Shown in pieces: positions 9,847 through 19,286 of a DNA stretch of 64,000 nucleotides (the first letter of the stretch is position 1; the number at the start of each line of letters is the position of its first letter). Position numbers and translations under genes: made by a program. The notes beneath the pieces were generated by a model, which was not told the DNA's origin, ran no database searches, and saw only the letters and a program-made list of their open reading frames with translations. This DNA comes from Chloroflexota bacterium (lineage in GTDB: Bacteria > Chloroflexota > Dehalococcoidia > SM23-28-2 > RBG-16-64-32), in assembly GCA_036732045.1 (NCBI GenBank), contig DAINDD010000005.1:11710-75709 (forward strand), read 5' to 3'.

Positions 9847-11351
9847 CCATGACCGAAGACTTCGCCGGCCCTGGCCCGAACGCCGAACCGACAAGCGCAC
9901 TGCCCCGGGACGACGTCGGCGGGCGCCTGACGTTCGATCGTAGCAAGGCCGGGCGGATCGGTGTGATTCTGCCCGCGCTTGACGTGCCGGCGGCGGCGAT
10001 GCCGGAGTCCCGTCTTCTGCGGGAGGAACTGACGCTGCCAGAGATGGCGCAGAACGATGTGATTCGCTACTTCGTCGGGCTCAGCCGGCTCAACTACAGC
10101 ATCGACACCGGCCTCTACCCGCTCGGCTCCTGCACGATGAAGTACAACCCGAAAATCAACGAGGACATCGCGCGTCTGCCCGGCTTCGCGCAGGCGCACC
10201 CACAGCAACAGCCGGAGACCGTGCAGGGCGCGCTCGCGGTGCTGTTCGAGCTTCAGGAAACGCTGGCCGAGATCACCGGCATGGACGCGGTTGGACTGGC
10301 CCCGGCGGCGGGCGCGCAGGGTGAGCTGTCCGGGGTTCTGATGATCAAGGCCTACCACCTGGCGCGCGGCGAGACGGCCCGTACGAAGGTGCTCGTCCCG
10401 GACTCCGCGCATGGGACGAACCCGGCGACGGCGGCGATGGCCGGCTTCGACGTCGTCACCGTGCCCTCCGACGCCAGCGGCAACGCCGATATCGACTTCC
10501 TCGCGACGAATCTGGACGAGACGGTCGCGGCGATTATGTACACGCTGCCATCGACGCTGGGCATCTTCGACCCGCACATCGGCCGCATCGGCAGGCTCGT
10601 GCACGAACACGGCGCGCTGCTCTACGGTGATGGCGCCAACCAGAACGCCCTCCTCGGCCGCGCGCGCTTCGGCGACATGGGCTTTGACGTCGTCCACCTC
10701 AACCTGCACAAAACGTTCTCGACACCGCACGGCGGCGGAGGACCCGGCGCCGGCCCCGTTTGCGTGAAGTTGCCGCTCGCGCCCTACCTCCCGGCACCGA
10801 TCGTCCAGAAATACGGGGCGTCCTATAGCCTGGCCCGCCCGGAGAAGAGCATCGGCAAGACGATGGCCTTTCACGGCAACTTCGGCGTGCTTGTCCGGGC
10901 GCTCACGTACATCAAGTCGATGGGCGGCGACGGCCTCCGCGCGATCGCCGACAACGCCGTGATCAATGCCAACTACTTGCAAGCGCGCCTCCGCGAAGCC
11001 TACAAGCTCGCGGTCAACCGCACCTGCATGCATGAGGTCGTGCTCTCCGGCAGCCGCCAGAAGGGCCGTGGCGTGAAGACCTTGGACGTCGCCAAGCGTC
11101 TGATCGACTACGGCTTCCACCCGCCGACGATCTACTTCCCGCTGATCGTCGACGAAGCGATGATGATCGAGCCGACCGAGACGGAGGGTATCGAAGCGCT
11201 GGACGCCTTCTGCGAGGCGATGCTGGCGATCGACCGCGAGTCCCTGGAACAGCCGGAGATGGTGAAGGGCGCGCCGTACAACGCCCCGCTCCGCCGCTTG
11301 GACGAAGCGACGGCCGCGCGTAAGCCGGTCTTGCGGTGGACGCCCGGCTAA
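9843..11351 (+). CDS. gcvPB: glycine dehydrogenase (decarboxylating) subunit 2 (PLP-binding)
   Basis: Start MTMTEDFAG at ATG 9843 overlaps the gcvPA stop (ATGA). The listed ORF 9174..11351 is an upstream over-extension in the same frame. C-terminal PLP-fold half of P protein. Confidence 0.9.
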   Translation: MTMTEDFAGPGPNAEPTSALPRDDVGGRLTFDRSKAGRIGVILPALDVPAAAMPESRLLREELTLPEMAQNDVIRYFVGLSRLNYSIDTGLYPLGSCTMKYNPKINEDIARLPGFAQAHPQQQPETVQGALAVLFELQETLAEITGMDAVGLAPAAGAQGELSGVLMIKAYHLARGETARTKVLVPDSAHGTNPATAAMAGFDVVTVPSDASGNADIDFLATNLDETVAAIMYTLPSTLGIFDPHIGRIGRLVHEHGALLYGDGANQNALLGRARFGDMGFDVVHLNLHKTFSTPHGGGGPGAGPVCVKLPLAPYLPAPIVQKYGASYSLARPEKSIGKTMAFHGNFGVLVRALTYIKSMGGDGLRAIADNAVINANYLQARLREAYKLAVNRTCMHEVVLSGSRQKGRGVKTLDVAKRLIDYGFHPPTIYFPLIVDEAMMIEPTETEGIEALDAFCEAMLAIDRESLEQPEMVKGAPYNAPLRRLDEATAARKPVLRWTPG

Positions 11352-11567
11352 CGGCGTCCACGAACCACTGATCCTGAGGTTCTCGAAGGATGCGAGCGGG
11401 CGGGATGATGGCTCACAGCGGGATGTGGCGATAAGGCGGCCCTTGCGATAGCAGTCGTTCGACCTCTCCACCACGCAGATAAGAAGATGCACATCGCGCG
11501 AGGACATTCGCTTATCCGCTAATGTCCGTTGTGAGTCCCACGCGCCGCGCGGTAAAGTAGGCCCACT

Positions 11568-12767
11568 ATGACTACCGGGGAATCACTTGGCGAACTGGTT
11601 GTCCCGCAGCGCAACCTTCTCGGGCCCGGGCCTTCGAACGTGCACCCGCGGGTATACCGGGCGATGACCGCGCCGGTGATCGGCTACCTCGATCCCGTAT
11701 TCATCCAGCTGATCGACGACACGCAGCGGCCGCTCCGGACGATCTTCCGCACGGAGAACGACATGACGATGGCGATCTCCGGCACAGGAACCTGCGGAAT
11801 GGAAGCGGCGATCTACAACGTCGTCGAGCCGGGGGACAACGTCATCGTCTGCGTCAACGGCTTTTTCGGCACGCGTATGGCCGACATGGCGAAGCGCTGC
11901 GGCGCCAACGTCACCGTCGTCGAGGCCGAGTGGGGACGCATCATCGAGCCGAACCAGGTCCGCCAAGCACTGAAGTCTGCCGGCGGGCCGGTCAAGGTCG
12001 TAGCGATCGTCCACGGCGAGACGAGCACGGGCATCCTGCAGCCGCTGGAAGAGATATCGAAGATCGCGCACGAGCAAGGCGCGCTGGTCCTGGCCGATGC
12101 CGTCACGAGCCTCGCCGGTTGCGAGCTGTTGATCGACGAGTGGGGCATCGATGTCTGCTACTCCGGCACGCAGAAGTGCCTCTCAGCGCCGCCCGGAATG
12201 TCGCCGCTGACGATGAGCGCCGCGGCGATGGAGGTCGTCGAAAAGCGCGAGGAGCCGGTGCGCAGCTTCTACGTCGACATGGCGATGCTGGGCCGCTACT
12301 GGAGCGGCAGCGGCACGCGCATGTACCACCACACGCCGCCGATGACGATGCTCTACGCGCTGCGTGAGGGTCTGCGGATCGTGCAGGAGGAGGGGATGGA
12401 GGCGCGCATCTCCCGGCACAAGCGAAACGCAGCCGCGCTGGCTGCGGGCGTCGAGGCGATGGGCCTGTCGCTGCACGCGCAGGAAGGCTATCGACTGCCA
12501 CCGCTGACGACGGTGAGCGTACCCGATGGCGTCGACGAGCTGAAGCTGCGACAAAGCTTATTGTACGAGCACAACATCGAGATCGGCGGCGGCATCGGCG
12601 GGCTGCAGGGCAAGATCCTGCGCATCGGCCTGATGGGGTACGGCTCGACCGAGCCGAACGTGCTGAGCCTGCTCTTCGCCCTGGAGGACGGCTTCATCAA
12701 GCAAGGGCACAAGGTCGAGCGCGGCGCCGGAGTCTCCGCAGCCGTCCGCTCGTACGAGCAGCGCTGA
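11568..12767 (+). CDS. class V aminotransferase (alanine/serine--glyoxylate aminotransferase-like)
   Basis: 399 aa, AGXT-type fold; genomic association with the gcv operon. Confidence 0.8.
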   Translation: MTTGESLGELVVPQRNLLGPGPSNVHPRVYRAMTAPVIGYLDPVFIQLIDDTQRPLRTIFRTENDMTMAISGTGTCGMEAAIYNVVEPGDNVIVCVNGFFGTRMADMAKRCGANVTVVEAEWGRIIEPNQVRQALKSAGGPVKVVAIVHGETSTGILQPLEEISKIAHEQGALVLADAVTSLAGCELLIDEWGIDVCYSGTQKCLSAPPGMSPLTMSAAAMEVVEKREEPVRSFYVDMAMLGRYWSGSGTRMYHHTPPMTMLYALREGLRIVQEEGMEARISRHKRNAAALAAGVEAMGLSLHAQEGYRLPPLTTVSVPDGVDELKLRQSLLYEHNIEIGGGIGGLQGKILRIGLMGYGSTEPNVLSLLFALEDGFIKQGHKVERGAGVSAAVRSYEQR

Positions 12768-12875
12768 TAGGTTCGTTTGGCAGAAATCGTTTGACGTAGT
12801 GACACGGATCACATTCACGAACTAACTGAGCGCGTGCTAGAATGCGCGCGGAATTCATAGAAGGAGGGAACGGAT

Positions 12876-13349
12876 ATGGCAACTCGAGAAGAACTGATGG
12901 GTGGGTTCCAGTTCGTGCCGGCGCAGGCCAAGCGCGTGGCAGGGATGCTTGACGGCTTGAGCGAGTGGGACACCAAGCGGCCCGCCGGCTGGTGCCCGAA
13001 GGAGATGTTCACGCACGTGGCTGTCACCGCGGGCATGATCCCGATGGTGGGCGCCGGCATGGTTAGTGCGCCGCCCGAGGCCGACGTCGTCGCTGGCATG
13101 GACATCGCGGCGGTCAACCAGCAGGGCATCGACTCGATGGCAGCGATGGACACGAAGCAGGTCCTCGACGCGCTCTCGGCCAACTACGTCAAGCTGGGCG
13201 ATTGGGTCAAGGCCCTGTCGGACGAGCAACTCGAGAGCAAGCACACGTTCCTCGGAATGCCGATCACTGCGTCCGACCTGATCATGACGCTGTGCGTGAT
13301 GCACTCGATTCACCACCTCTACGAGGCGCCGCTGCCGGTCTCTGTCTAG
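12876..13349 (+). CDS. DinB/ClbS-like four-helix-bundle family protein (hypothetical)
   Basis: 157 aa; possible His motif HSIHHL near the C-terminus. Preceded by TAGAAT -10-like box and GAAGGAGGG RBS. Family assignment is tentative. Confidence 0.45.
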   Translation: MATREELMGGFQFVPAQAKRVAGMLDGLSEWDTKRPAGWCPKEMFTHVAVTAGMIPMVGAGMVSAPPEADVVAGMDIAAVNQQGIDSMAAMDTKQVLDALSANYVKLGDWVKALSDEQLESKHTFLGMPITASDLIMTLCVMHSIHHLYEAPLPVSV

Positions 13350-13754
13350 TTGCCCCAACTCGACGATAGACGAGTCCTCCTGCTCGGCGCGGAGACTGAC
13401 CTCGGGGCCGCCACGGCCACAATGCTGGCGAACGCTGGGGCCCGGCTGGCGCTCGTCTCGGCGAGCCGGGAGGCCGAGGCCGCGTTCGCGGTGCAGCGGC
13501 TGGCACGGCGGCTGAACGCGACCTCGCAGGCGATCGACGCGACGAACGAGGCGGCGGTGCGTGTGATGGTGCGCCAGGTCTCGAAGGAAATGGGCGGCAT
13601 CGACGCGGCCGTCTCCTGCGTTGCCGATGCGACGGCTCGTGAGCTCTTCGAGCGGCACGCCCGGCGGGAGATGAAGCGCACGGGCGAGGGCGTATACGTC
13701 GATGCGATAGAGACGCCGGACGTCGTCGCCGCGATTGCTGGCGAACGCGAGTAG
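13350..13754 (+). CDS. SDR-like N-terminal fragment (possibly degenerate)
   Basis: 134 aa with RVLLLGAETDLGAATATMLANAGARLALVS resembling an SDR Rossmann N-terminus but lacking the catalytic YxxxK. Start is TTG. May be non-functional. Confidence 0.3.
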   Translation: MPQLDDRRVLLLGAETDLGAATATMLANAGARLALVSASREAEAAFAVQRLARRLNATSQAIDATNEAAVRVMVRQVSKEMGGIDAAVSCVADATARELFERHARREMKRTGEGVYVDAIETPDVVAAIAGERE

Positions 13755-13787
13755 CTTGTAAGCTTGCCTCGCGCAAGATCCCCGTGG

Positions 13788-13831
13788 GTCAGGGCCCCAG
13801 CCCTGACGCCAGTCAAGGCTAGGGCCTTGAC
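13788..13831. promoter_or_regulatory. tandem hairpins / inverted repeats GTCAGGGC-ccca-GCCCTGAC and GTCAAGGC-tagg-GCCTTGAC upstream of the enoyl-CoA hydratase/SDR operon
   Basis: Two perfect 8-bp-stem palindromes 4 bp apart, ~40 bp upstream of the AGGAGG RBS at 13861. The same GTCAAGG/CCTTGAC core recurs at 32058..32108. Confidence 0.4.
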
Positions 13832-13871
13832 CTATCAGGTGGACGGACGGTGCGCCGCGAAGGAGGCCCGT

Positions 13872-14723
13872 ATGCCCTACGAGACGATTCTCTACGAGCC
13901 GGGCGACGGCGTCGCGCGGATCACGCTGAACCGCCCGGAGAAGCTGAACGCGATCTCCTGGCAGATGCAGGAAGAGCTGCAGCAGGCGCTCTGGCAGGCC
14001 GACCGCGACCCGGCCGTACACGCGGTAACGATCCGCGGCGCGGGAGGCTCGTTTTCCGCCGGCTACGACATCTCGCCGCCGCCGGGCGCAGGGGCCACGC
14101 ACGCCGCGTCCGGCCACACGATGGAGCGCGACGTCTGGTTCCTCGAGCAGGCCACGCGAATGCGGATGACGATCTGGGAGATGCACAAACCGGTGATCGC
14201 CGGCATCCACGGCCACTGCCTCGCGGGCGGCACGGACGTCGCGTTCTTGTGCGACATCGTCATCGCCGCCGACGACGCCAAGATCGGCTATCCGCCGGTG
14301 CGGGCGCTCGGCTCGCCGGTCAATCATATGTGGACGTACCTCGTCGGGCCGCAATGGGCCAAGCGGCTGCTGCTGACCGGCGACACGATTTCCGGGGCCG
14401 AAGCAGAACGCATCGGCCTCGTGCTGAAGGCGGTGCCGTCCGAGCGACTCGACGTTGAGCTGGACGATCTCGCGGGCCGGATGGCGCTGATCGACGTCGA
14501 TCTCTTGGCCGCGAACAAACGCATCGTGAACATGGCGCTGGAGCTGATGGGTGCGCAGACGATGCAACGGATGGCGACAGAGCGCGACGCGATCGCCCGG
14601 CAGGCGCCGATTGTACACGAGTTCTACGCGATGGCGAAGGAGAAAGGACTGAAGGCGGCGCTGGAGTGGCGCGACAACCGCTTCGGAGACGGTCGCGGCG
14701 CGAAGACGGGGGAAGAGGCGTAG
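13872..14723 (+). CDS. enoyl-CoA hydratase/isomerase family protein
   Basis: Crotonase fold (ARITLNRPEKLNAIS...GAGGSFSAGYDI). Start at ATG 13872 preceded by AAGGAGG RBS; the listed ORF starts further upstream. Confidence 0.85.
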   Translation: MPYETILYEPGDGVARITLNRPEKLNAISWQMQEELQQALWQADRDPAVHAVTIRGAGGSFSAGYDISPPPGAGATHAASGHTMERDVWFLEQATRMRMTIWEMHKPVIAGIHGHCLAGGTDVAFLCDIVIAADDAKIGYPPVRALGSPVNHMWTYLVGPQWAKRLLLTGDTISGAEAERIGLVLKAVPSERLDVELDDLAGRMALIDVDLLAANKRIVNMALELMGAQTMQRMATERDAIARQAPIVHEFYAMAKEKGLKAALEWRDNRFGDGRGAKTGEEA

Positions 14724-15536
14724 ATGGGCGTCCTCGACAAGCTCAGACTGGCTGGAAGAGTGGCGATCGTCACCGGCGCCGGGCGCGGGCTCGGGCGGGC
14801 GATGGTGCTTTCGCTGGCAGATGCGGGCGCGGACATCGTGGCCACGGCCCGGACGGAAGCGCAGGTGGAAGAGACGGCGGACCTCGTAAAGGCGCGCGGG
14901 CGAGCGTGCACCTGGGTGCGCTGCGACGTCACCGACTCAGCGTCTGTCGCGACGATGGTGCAGCGCACGCTCGATGCGCACGGGCGGATCGATATCCTGG
15001 TCAATAACGCGGGCGGCGCGACCGAGGGAATGGGCAACACGATCGACGACATTAGCGACAAGCAGTGGCGGATCGGCATCGATACGAATCTGACGGGCGC
15101 GGTCTACTGTTCGCGCGCGGCGATCCCGCACATGTTGGCGATAGGCGGCGGCAAGATCATCAATGTCACGTCCGGATTCGGGTTGCGCGCGGGGCGCAAC
15201 AACTACATGTATACCAGCGCCAAGGCCGGGCTCATCAACTTTACGCGTTCGCTGGCCCTTTCGTACACTGACCGCATACAGGCCAATCTCATTGCGCCGG
15301 GCTTCTTCCCGCACGGCGACCCACAAGCGATGGGCTTCACCGGCGGCGGCAAGTTCACCCCGATGGGACGCCTCGGCCGGGACGAAGAGTTGGGCCCGCT
15401 GTGCGTGTTCCTGGCCTCGGACATGACGTCGTACATGAACGGCCAGATCATCGTGCTGGACGGCGGCGGACTCGCCGGTGGGCACGCGCCGACCGGCTTC
15501 GCGCCGGTCGTGCCGCTGACGTGGGACATAGCCTGA
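14724..15536 (+). CDS. SDR family oxidoreductase
   Basis: AIVTGAGRGLGRAM glycine-rich motif, NNAG, YxxxK-type core. Confidence 0.85.
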   Translation: MGVLDKLRLAGRVAIVTGAGRGLGRAMVLSLADAGADIVATARTEAQVEETADLVKARGRACTWVRCDVTDSASVATMVQRTLDAHGRIDILVNNAGGATEGMGNTIDDISDKQWRIGIDTNLTGAVYCSRAAIPHMLAIGGGKIINVTSGFGLRAGRNNYMYTSAKAGLINFTRSLALSYTDRIQANLIAPGFFPHGDPQAMGFTGGGKFTPMGRLGRDEELGPLCVFLASDMTSYMNGQIIVLDGGGLAGGHAPTGFAPVVPLTWDIA

Positions 15537-16306
15537 TGGCGAGCGAGTTCTCGCTGGACGGCAAGGCCGCGCTCGTGATCGGCGCGTCGAACTCGATCGG
15601 GCGGGCGATTGCGGTCGCACTCGGCGAGGCGGGCGCGGACGTGGCCGTGGCGACGACAACGTTGGCGCGGGACGAGGAGGTGATCGCCAACTCCTGCTCC
15701 AACGAACTGTGGGCGCTCAACCGTAAGACGTTCGCGCAGGCGATTGACTCGTCCGACGAGCGCGATGTCGAGGCGCTGATCAGCCGTGCGGCGTCAGAGT
15801 TCGGCCGGCTCGACATCCTTGTGAACGCGCAGGACTTGCCGTTCGCTCAGCCCGCAGCCGAGATAGCATTCGCGGACTGGCGGCGCGTGATGGACGTGAA
15901 CCTCGGCGGTGTCTTCCTCGCCTCGCGCGCAGCTTCTTCTGTCATGCTCGCGCAGGGAAGCGGGCGGATCATCAACGTCGCGTCTGTGCTCGGCGAGCGT
16001 GGGATGGTCAACGGCGCTGCTTACTGCGTGGCGCAGGCGGGCGTGCTTAACCTGACCCGCGCGCTGGCGTTGGAATGGGCGCGGCACGGCATCAACGTGA
16101 ACGCGATCGGCGCGGGCTGGACCGAGGGGATGGGGATCATCGGCGGCGATGAGGGCCGCCAGAAGCTGGAACGCTACCTGCCGTACAAGCGCCTCGCGAA
16201 GCCTGAAGAGATCGCGGGCGCGGCGGTATACCTTGCGTCGGAGACGTCGGCGTATCTGACAGGCCAGGTGATCTGGATCGAAGGCGGCGCCCTGAGCCAC
16301 GTCTGA
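15536..16306 (+). CDS. SDR family oxidoreductase
   Basis: MASEFSLDGKAALVIGASNSIGRAIA...; ATG overlaps the stop of the previous SDR (TGATG). The listed ORF is over-extended upstream. Confidence 0.85.
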   Translation: MASEFSLDGKAALVIGASNSIGRAIAVALGEAGADVAVATTTLARDEEVIANSCSNELWALNRKTFAQAIDSSDERDVEALISRAASEFGRLDILVNAQDLPFAQPAAEIAFADWRRVMDVNLGGVFLASRAASSVMLAQGSGRIINVASVLGERGMVNGAAYCVAQAGVLNLTRALALEWARHGINVNAIGAGWTEGMGIIGGDEGRQKLERYLPYKRLAKPEEIAGAAVYLASETSAYLTGQVIWIEGGALSHV

Positions 16307-16339
16307 ACATTCCGCGCTCGTTCGATATACTGACCTCAC

Positions 16340-17479
16340 GTGAAGACGAAAGTTCCTGCCACCGAGCGCGCTGATCTCCGGCGCTACCAGGCCAATCTGG
16401 ATGACGAGATTGACGGCATCGCCATTTACCAAATGCTGGCGGCGGCCGAGAAAAACCCCGAACGCAAGCGCATCTTCTCGGAGCTCACAGAGGTCGAGGA
16501 GCGGCACGCCGACGTTTGGCGGAAGAAGCTGCGGGACAGCGGTGTTGCACCCCGCGAACACGGCCCGAGCCTGAAGATCCGCGCGATCGGCTTCGCTGCG
16601 CGGACGTTCGGTGTGCGCTCGGTCCTGCCCCTCGTTCGTAGCCTGGAAGCCGGTGCTTACGGTGCATACATGGCGCAGGACGAGGCGGCGCAGGCGATGG
16701 CGCCCGACGAGCGCGAACACCGGAAGACGATGTCGCGTCTGGAGCGCGGCGACCGAGAGCCCTCGGAGGCGATCCTTTCGCGGGAGCGCTGGCACCGCAC
16801 AGGCGGCGGCGGTGCGCTGCGGGCAACGATCTTCGGCGTGAGCGACGGGTTGACCTCCAACACAGCGCTGGTCATGGGCTTCGCCGGCGCGGCGACGAGC
16901 GGAAGCTTCGTGCTGCTGGCGGGCATCGCCGGCGTAATCGCTGGCGCATTCTCAATGGCGACCGGCGAGTATGTCTCGATGCGGGCTCAGCGCGAGCTGT
17001 TCGAGCGCCAGATTGAGCTCGAGCGCGCCGAGTTGCAGTCGGCGCCCGATGAAGAGATGCGAGAGCTTTCATTGATATACCAAGCGAAGGGCTTGCCAAA
17101 GAGCGAGGCCGACGCCACGGCCACGCGGTTGATGGAGAACCCGGACGTCGCTCTGAACACGCTCGTGCGGGAGGAGCTGGGCCTGGACCCCAGCGAGCTC
17201 GGGTCGCCGTGGGGAGCGGCGTCCGGTTCGTTCGTGGCCTTCGGACTCGGCGCGCTGCTGCCCGTGATTCCATTCTTCTTTGGCAGCGCCAGTGCGCCGT
17301 TCATCGCGGTGAGTGCGGCCCTGAGTGCCGTCGCTCTGTTCGCCGTGGGAGCCGGCGTTTCGTTGTTCACCGGCAAGAGCATGCTTTACAGCGGCGCGAG
17401 ACAGGTGGCGCTCGGCGCTGCTGCCGCGACCGTAACGTTCATCATCGGCCACATCATCGGCGTCTCAACCAACGTCTAG
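16340..17479 (+). CDS. VIT1/CCC1 family iron/manganese transporter with N-terminal ferritin-like (rubrerythrin-like) domain
   Basis: 379 aa, GTG start. N-terminal ~150 aa soluble domain with EE..H motifs, followed by GVSDGLTSNTALVMGFAGA and multiple TM segments typical of VIT/DUF125. Confidence 0.75.
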   Translation: MKTKVPATERADLRRYQANLDDEIDGIAIYQMLAAAEKNPERKRIFSELTEVEERHADVWRKKLRDSGVAPREHGPSLKIRAIGFAARTFGVRSVLPLVRSLEAGAYGAYMAQDEAAQAMAPDEREHRKTMSRLERGDREPSEAILSRERWHRTGGGGALRATIFGVSDGLTSNTALVMGFAGAATSGSFVLLAGIAGVIAGAFSMATGEYVSMRAQRELFERQIELERAELQSAPDEEMRELSLIYQAKGLPKSEADATATRLMENPDVALNTLVREELGLDPSELGSPWGAASGSFVAFGLGALLPVIPFFFGSASAPFIAVSAALSAVALFAVGAGVSLFTGKSMLYSGARQVALGAAAATVTFIIGHIIGVSTNV

Positions 17480-18115
17480 CGCCGCGATCTCATCGTCCGA
17501 CAAACCGAGCAGATCGCGCAGGACATAGGCGTTGTGCTCACCCGGCTCAGGCGCTGGCAGACGGATGTGCGCCGGCGATTCGCTCAAATGCCAGTGCGGG
17601 CCGGCAATCTCGATGGTCCCATTCCGTGTCGAGACCGGTTCCAGGGTCACGCCGTTCGACTCGCCGCGCGACGGCGAACCTCGTTGCGGAGCCGCGATGT
17701 CGATCCGGTCGCCTACGCCGGTGCGGCGTCTGTCCCATAGTGCGAGGCCGGCTGCTCCGGCCGCCGCGACGGCGGACATCACATCGTCGCTGGGCGGTAA
17801 CGACAGGACGATCAGGCGGTCGTTTCGCCGGCTCAGATCTTCGAATGTCAGGCCGAGGGCGCCCAGCGACTCGGCAACGACGATGTCGGACAGGTCAACG
17901 AGGCGCAGGATCGCGTCGCGGCCGGCCGGACTCGATACGTCGAGCGTGCAGCCGTACTTGTTGCAGTCCAGGCGTGCGTCCGCTCCCGCTCGCGTTGGCG
18001 GCTGGATGCGGATCACCTCCGCGCCCATGTCCCCAAGGAGACGCGCAGCGTACCGGCCGGCCCGGCCGGATGTCAAGTCCAGCACGCGCACGGCGAAGAG
18101 CGGCAGGCGGAACAT
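17465..18115 (-). CDS. CaiB/BaiF CoA-transferase family III-like protein, unusually short (217 aa)
   Basis: N-terminus VRVLDLTSGRAGRYAARLLGDMGAEVIRIQPP and NK..LD..SP.GR..LV...D.VV motif match family III CoA-transferases. The C-terminus keeps GEHN..VL..LG.SDDEIAAL, but ~180 aa of the central catalytic region are absent. Start at MFRLP (ATG 18115) overlaps the stop of the upstream GNAT gene. Confidence 0.55.
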   Translation of the reverse strand: MFRLPLFAVRVLDLTSGRAGRYAARLLGDMGAEVIRIQPPTRAGADARLDCNKYGCTLDVSSPAGRDAILRLVDLSDIVVAESLGALGLTFEDLSRRNDRLIVLSLPPSDDVMSAVAAAGAAGLALWDRRRTGVGDRIDIAAPQRGSPSRGESNGVTLEPVSTRNGTIEIAGPHWHLSESPAHIRLPAPEPGEHNAYVLRDLLGLSDDEIAALDVG

Positions 18116-18600
18116 CAGGCGATCCTCATCTCGTAGTCGAATACGCGGTAGGGTCCGATCATGCGCTCGCCGGTCAGCGTGAAGCCGTAACCTTCGTAAA
18201 GCTGGTGAGCGGCGGGCTGCCGTTTGGTCGTGTCGAGGATGACGCGGTCGTAGCCGGACTCGCGGCAGAACTCGACCGCCGTATCGAGCAGCGCCTTCGC
18301 CAGGCCGCGCCGCCGCCAGGCCTCGGTGACGCGCATTCGCCGCAGACGGCCCGTCTTCGCATCGACGCGGGCGATCGCCGCGATCGCGGCGAGGCCGTCC
18401 GGCGCTTCGATCACCCAGAAGTTGCAACCGGCGGAGAGGTACGTCTCGTCGATGCTGTGCAGGTCGTCCTCGTAGCCCTTCGCCGCGTCTCGGTACTCCA
18501 ATCCGGTCTGCTGCACGCCCTCCAAGTGCAGGCGCCAGACGTCGTCGTGGTCGCGAGCTTCGTAGCAGCGGATCCGCAGGGTCGGCGGCAGGCGGAGCAT
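18115..18600 (-). CDS. GNAT family N-acetyltransferase
   Basis: 161 aa; acetyl-CoA binding motif region RRMRVTEAWRRRGLAKALL (R/Q-x-x-G-x-G/A type). Confidence 0.75.
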   Translation of the reverse strand: MLRLPPTLRIRCYEARDHDDVWRLHLEGVQQTGLEYRDAAKGYEDDLHSIDETYLSAGCNFWVIEAPDGLAAIAAIARVDAKTGRLRRMRVTEAWRRRGLAKALLDTAVEFCRESGYDRVILDTTKRQPAAHQLYEGYGFTLTGERMIGPYRVFDYEMRIA

Positions 18601-18602
18601 CG

Positions 18603-19286
18603 CTAGATTACTCCCGCCGCGCGAAGCAGGGGAAGATCGGCCGCGCGCAGGCCCATCTCTTCGCAGAAGAACTGAGCATTGTGCTCGCCGAGAGCGGGGG
18701 CCGGCGCGTCTGTCCAGGCAACGGCGGACATCTGGAACGGCGCGCCCTCGTACGCGCCTTCACCAGACGGCAGGTGAAGCCCCAGGGCGACGGCCGAGGC
18801 GAGGCATTCCGGCGCGGCGATCTCGATGTGCTGGGGGATTTCGTGCGAGTCCGCGTTGTGCGCCGCGATCGCCGATGCCGCGAAAGCGTTGAGGCCGGCC
18901 GCGCACTCGGCGAGCGAGTCGCCGCTGCCCTGGATCGATGTCAGGATGATGCGGCGCTTGATCGCCTGCAGCTCCGCGAAGCCGAGCCCGAGCGCGTCTA
19001 TGGCACCCGGCGCGAAGCACTCGACGATCAGGTTCGCGCCTTCCACCATATCGCGGAAGAGCAGGTGGCCCGTCGCCGTGCGGATGTCCAGTGTGATGCT
19101 GCGCTTGCCGGCGGCAAGCCGGCTCCACGCTTCGTGAGGACGCAATGGGTTGCCCGCCGGCCGCTCGACGACGATGACGTCGGCGCCGTAGCCGGCAAAA
19201 AGCCTGGCACAGTATGCTCCGGCGATTCCGTCGGACAGGTCGAGCACCAGGAGATCGGCGAGCGTGGTCTCTGGTTCGTCAGGCAT
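18603..19286 (-). CDS. CaiB/BaiF CoA-transferase family III-like protein, unusually short (228 aa)
   Basis: LADLLVLDLSDGIAGAYCARLFAGYGADVIVVERPAG N-terminal motif and C-terminal ALGEHNAQFFCEEMGLRAADLPLLRAAGVI. Start refined to MPDEPETT (ATG 19286). Paralogous to 17465..18115. Confidence 0.55.
   Translation of the reverse strand: MPDEPETTLADLLVLDLSDGIAGAYCARLFAGYGADVIVVERPAGNPLRPHEAWSRLAAGKRSITLDIRTATGHLLFRDMVEGANLIVECFAPGAIDALGLGFAELQAIKRRIILTSIQGSGDSLAECAAGLNAFAASAIAAHNADSHEIPQHIEIAAPECLASAVALGLHLPSGEGAYEGAPFQMSAVAWTDAPAPALGEHNAQFFCEEMGLRAADLPLLRAAGVI

Noticed and set aside
9627-11507. 626-aa minus-strand ORF
   Set aside because: Antisense to gcvPB. Arg/Ala/Gly-rich low-complexity translation typical of high-GC shadow ORFs.
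12855-14618. 587-aa minus-strand ORF
   Set aside because: Antisense to well-supported plus-strand genes (DinB-like, SDR-like fragment, enoyl-CoA hydratase). Long stop-free antisense frames are expected at ~68% GC, and this one has no protein-like motifs.
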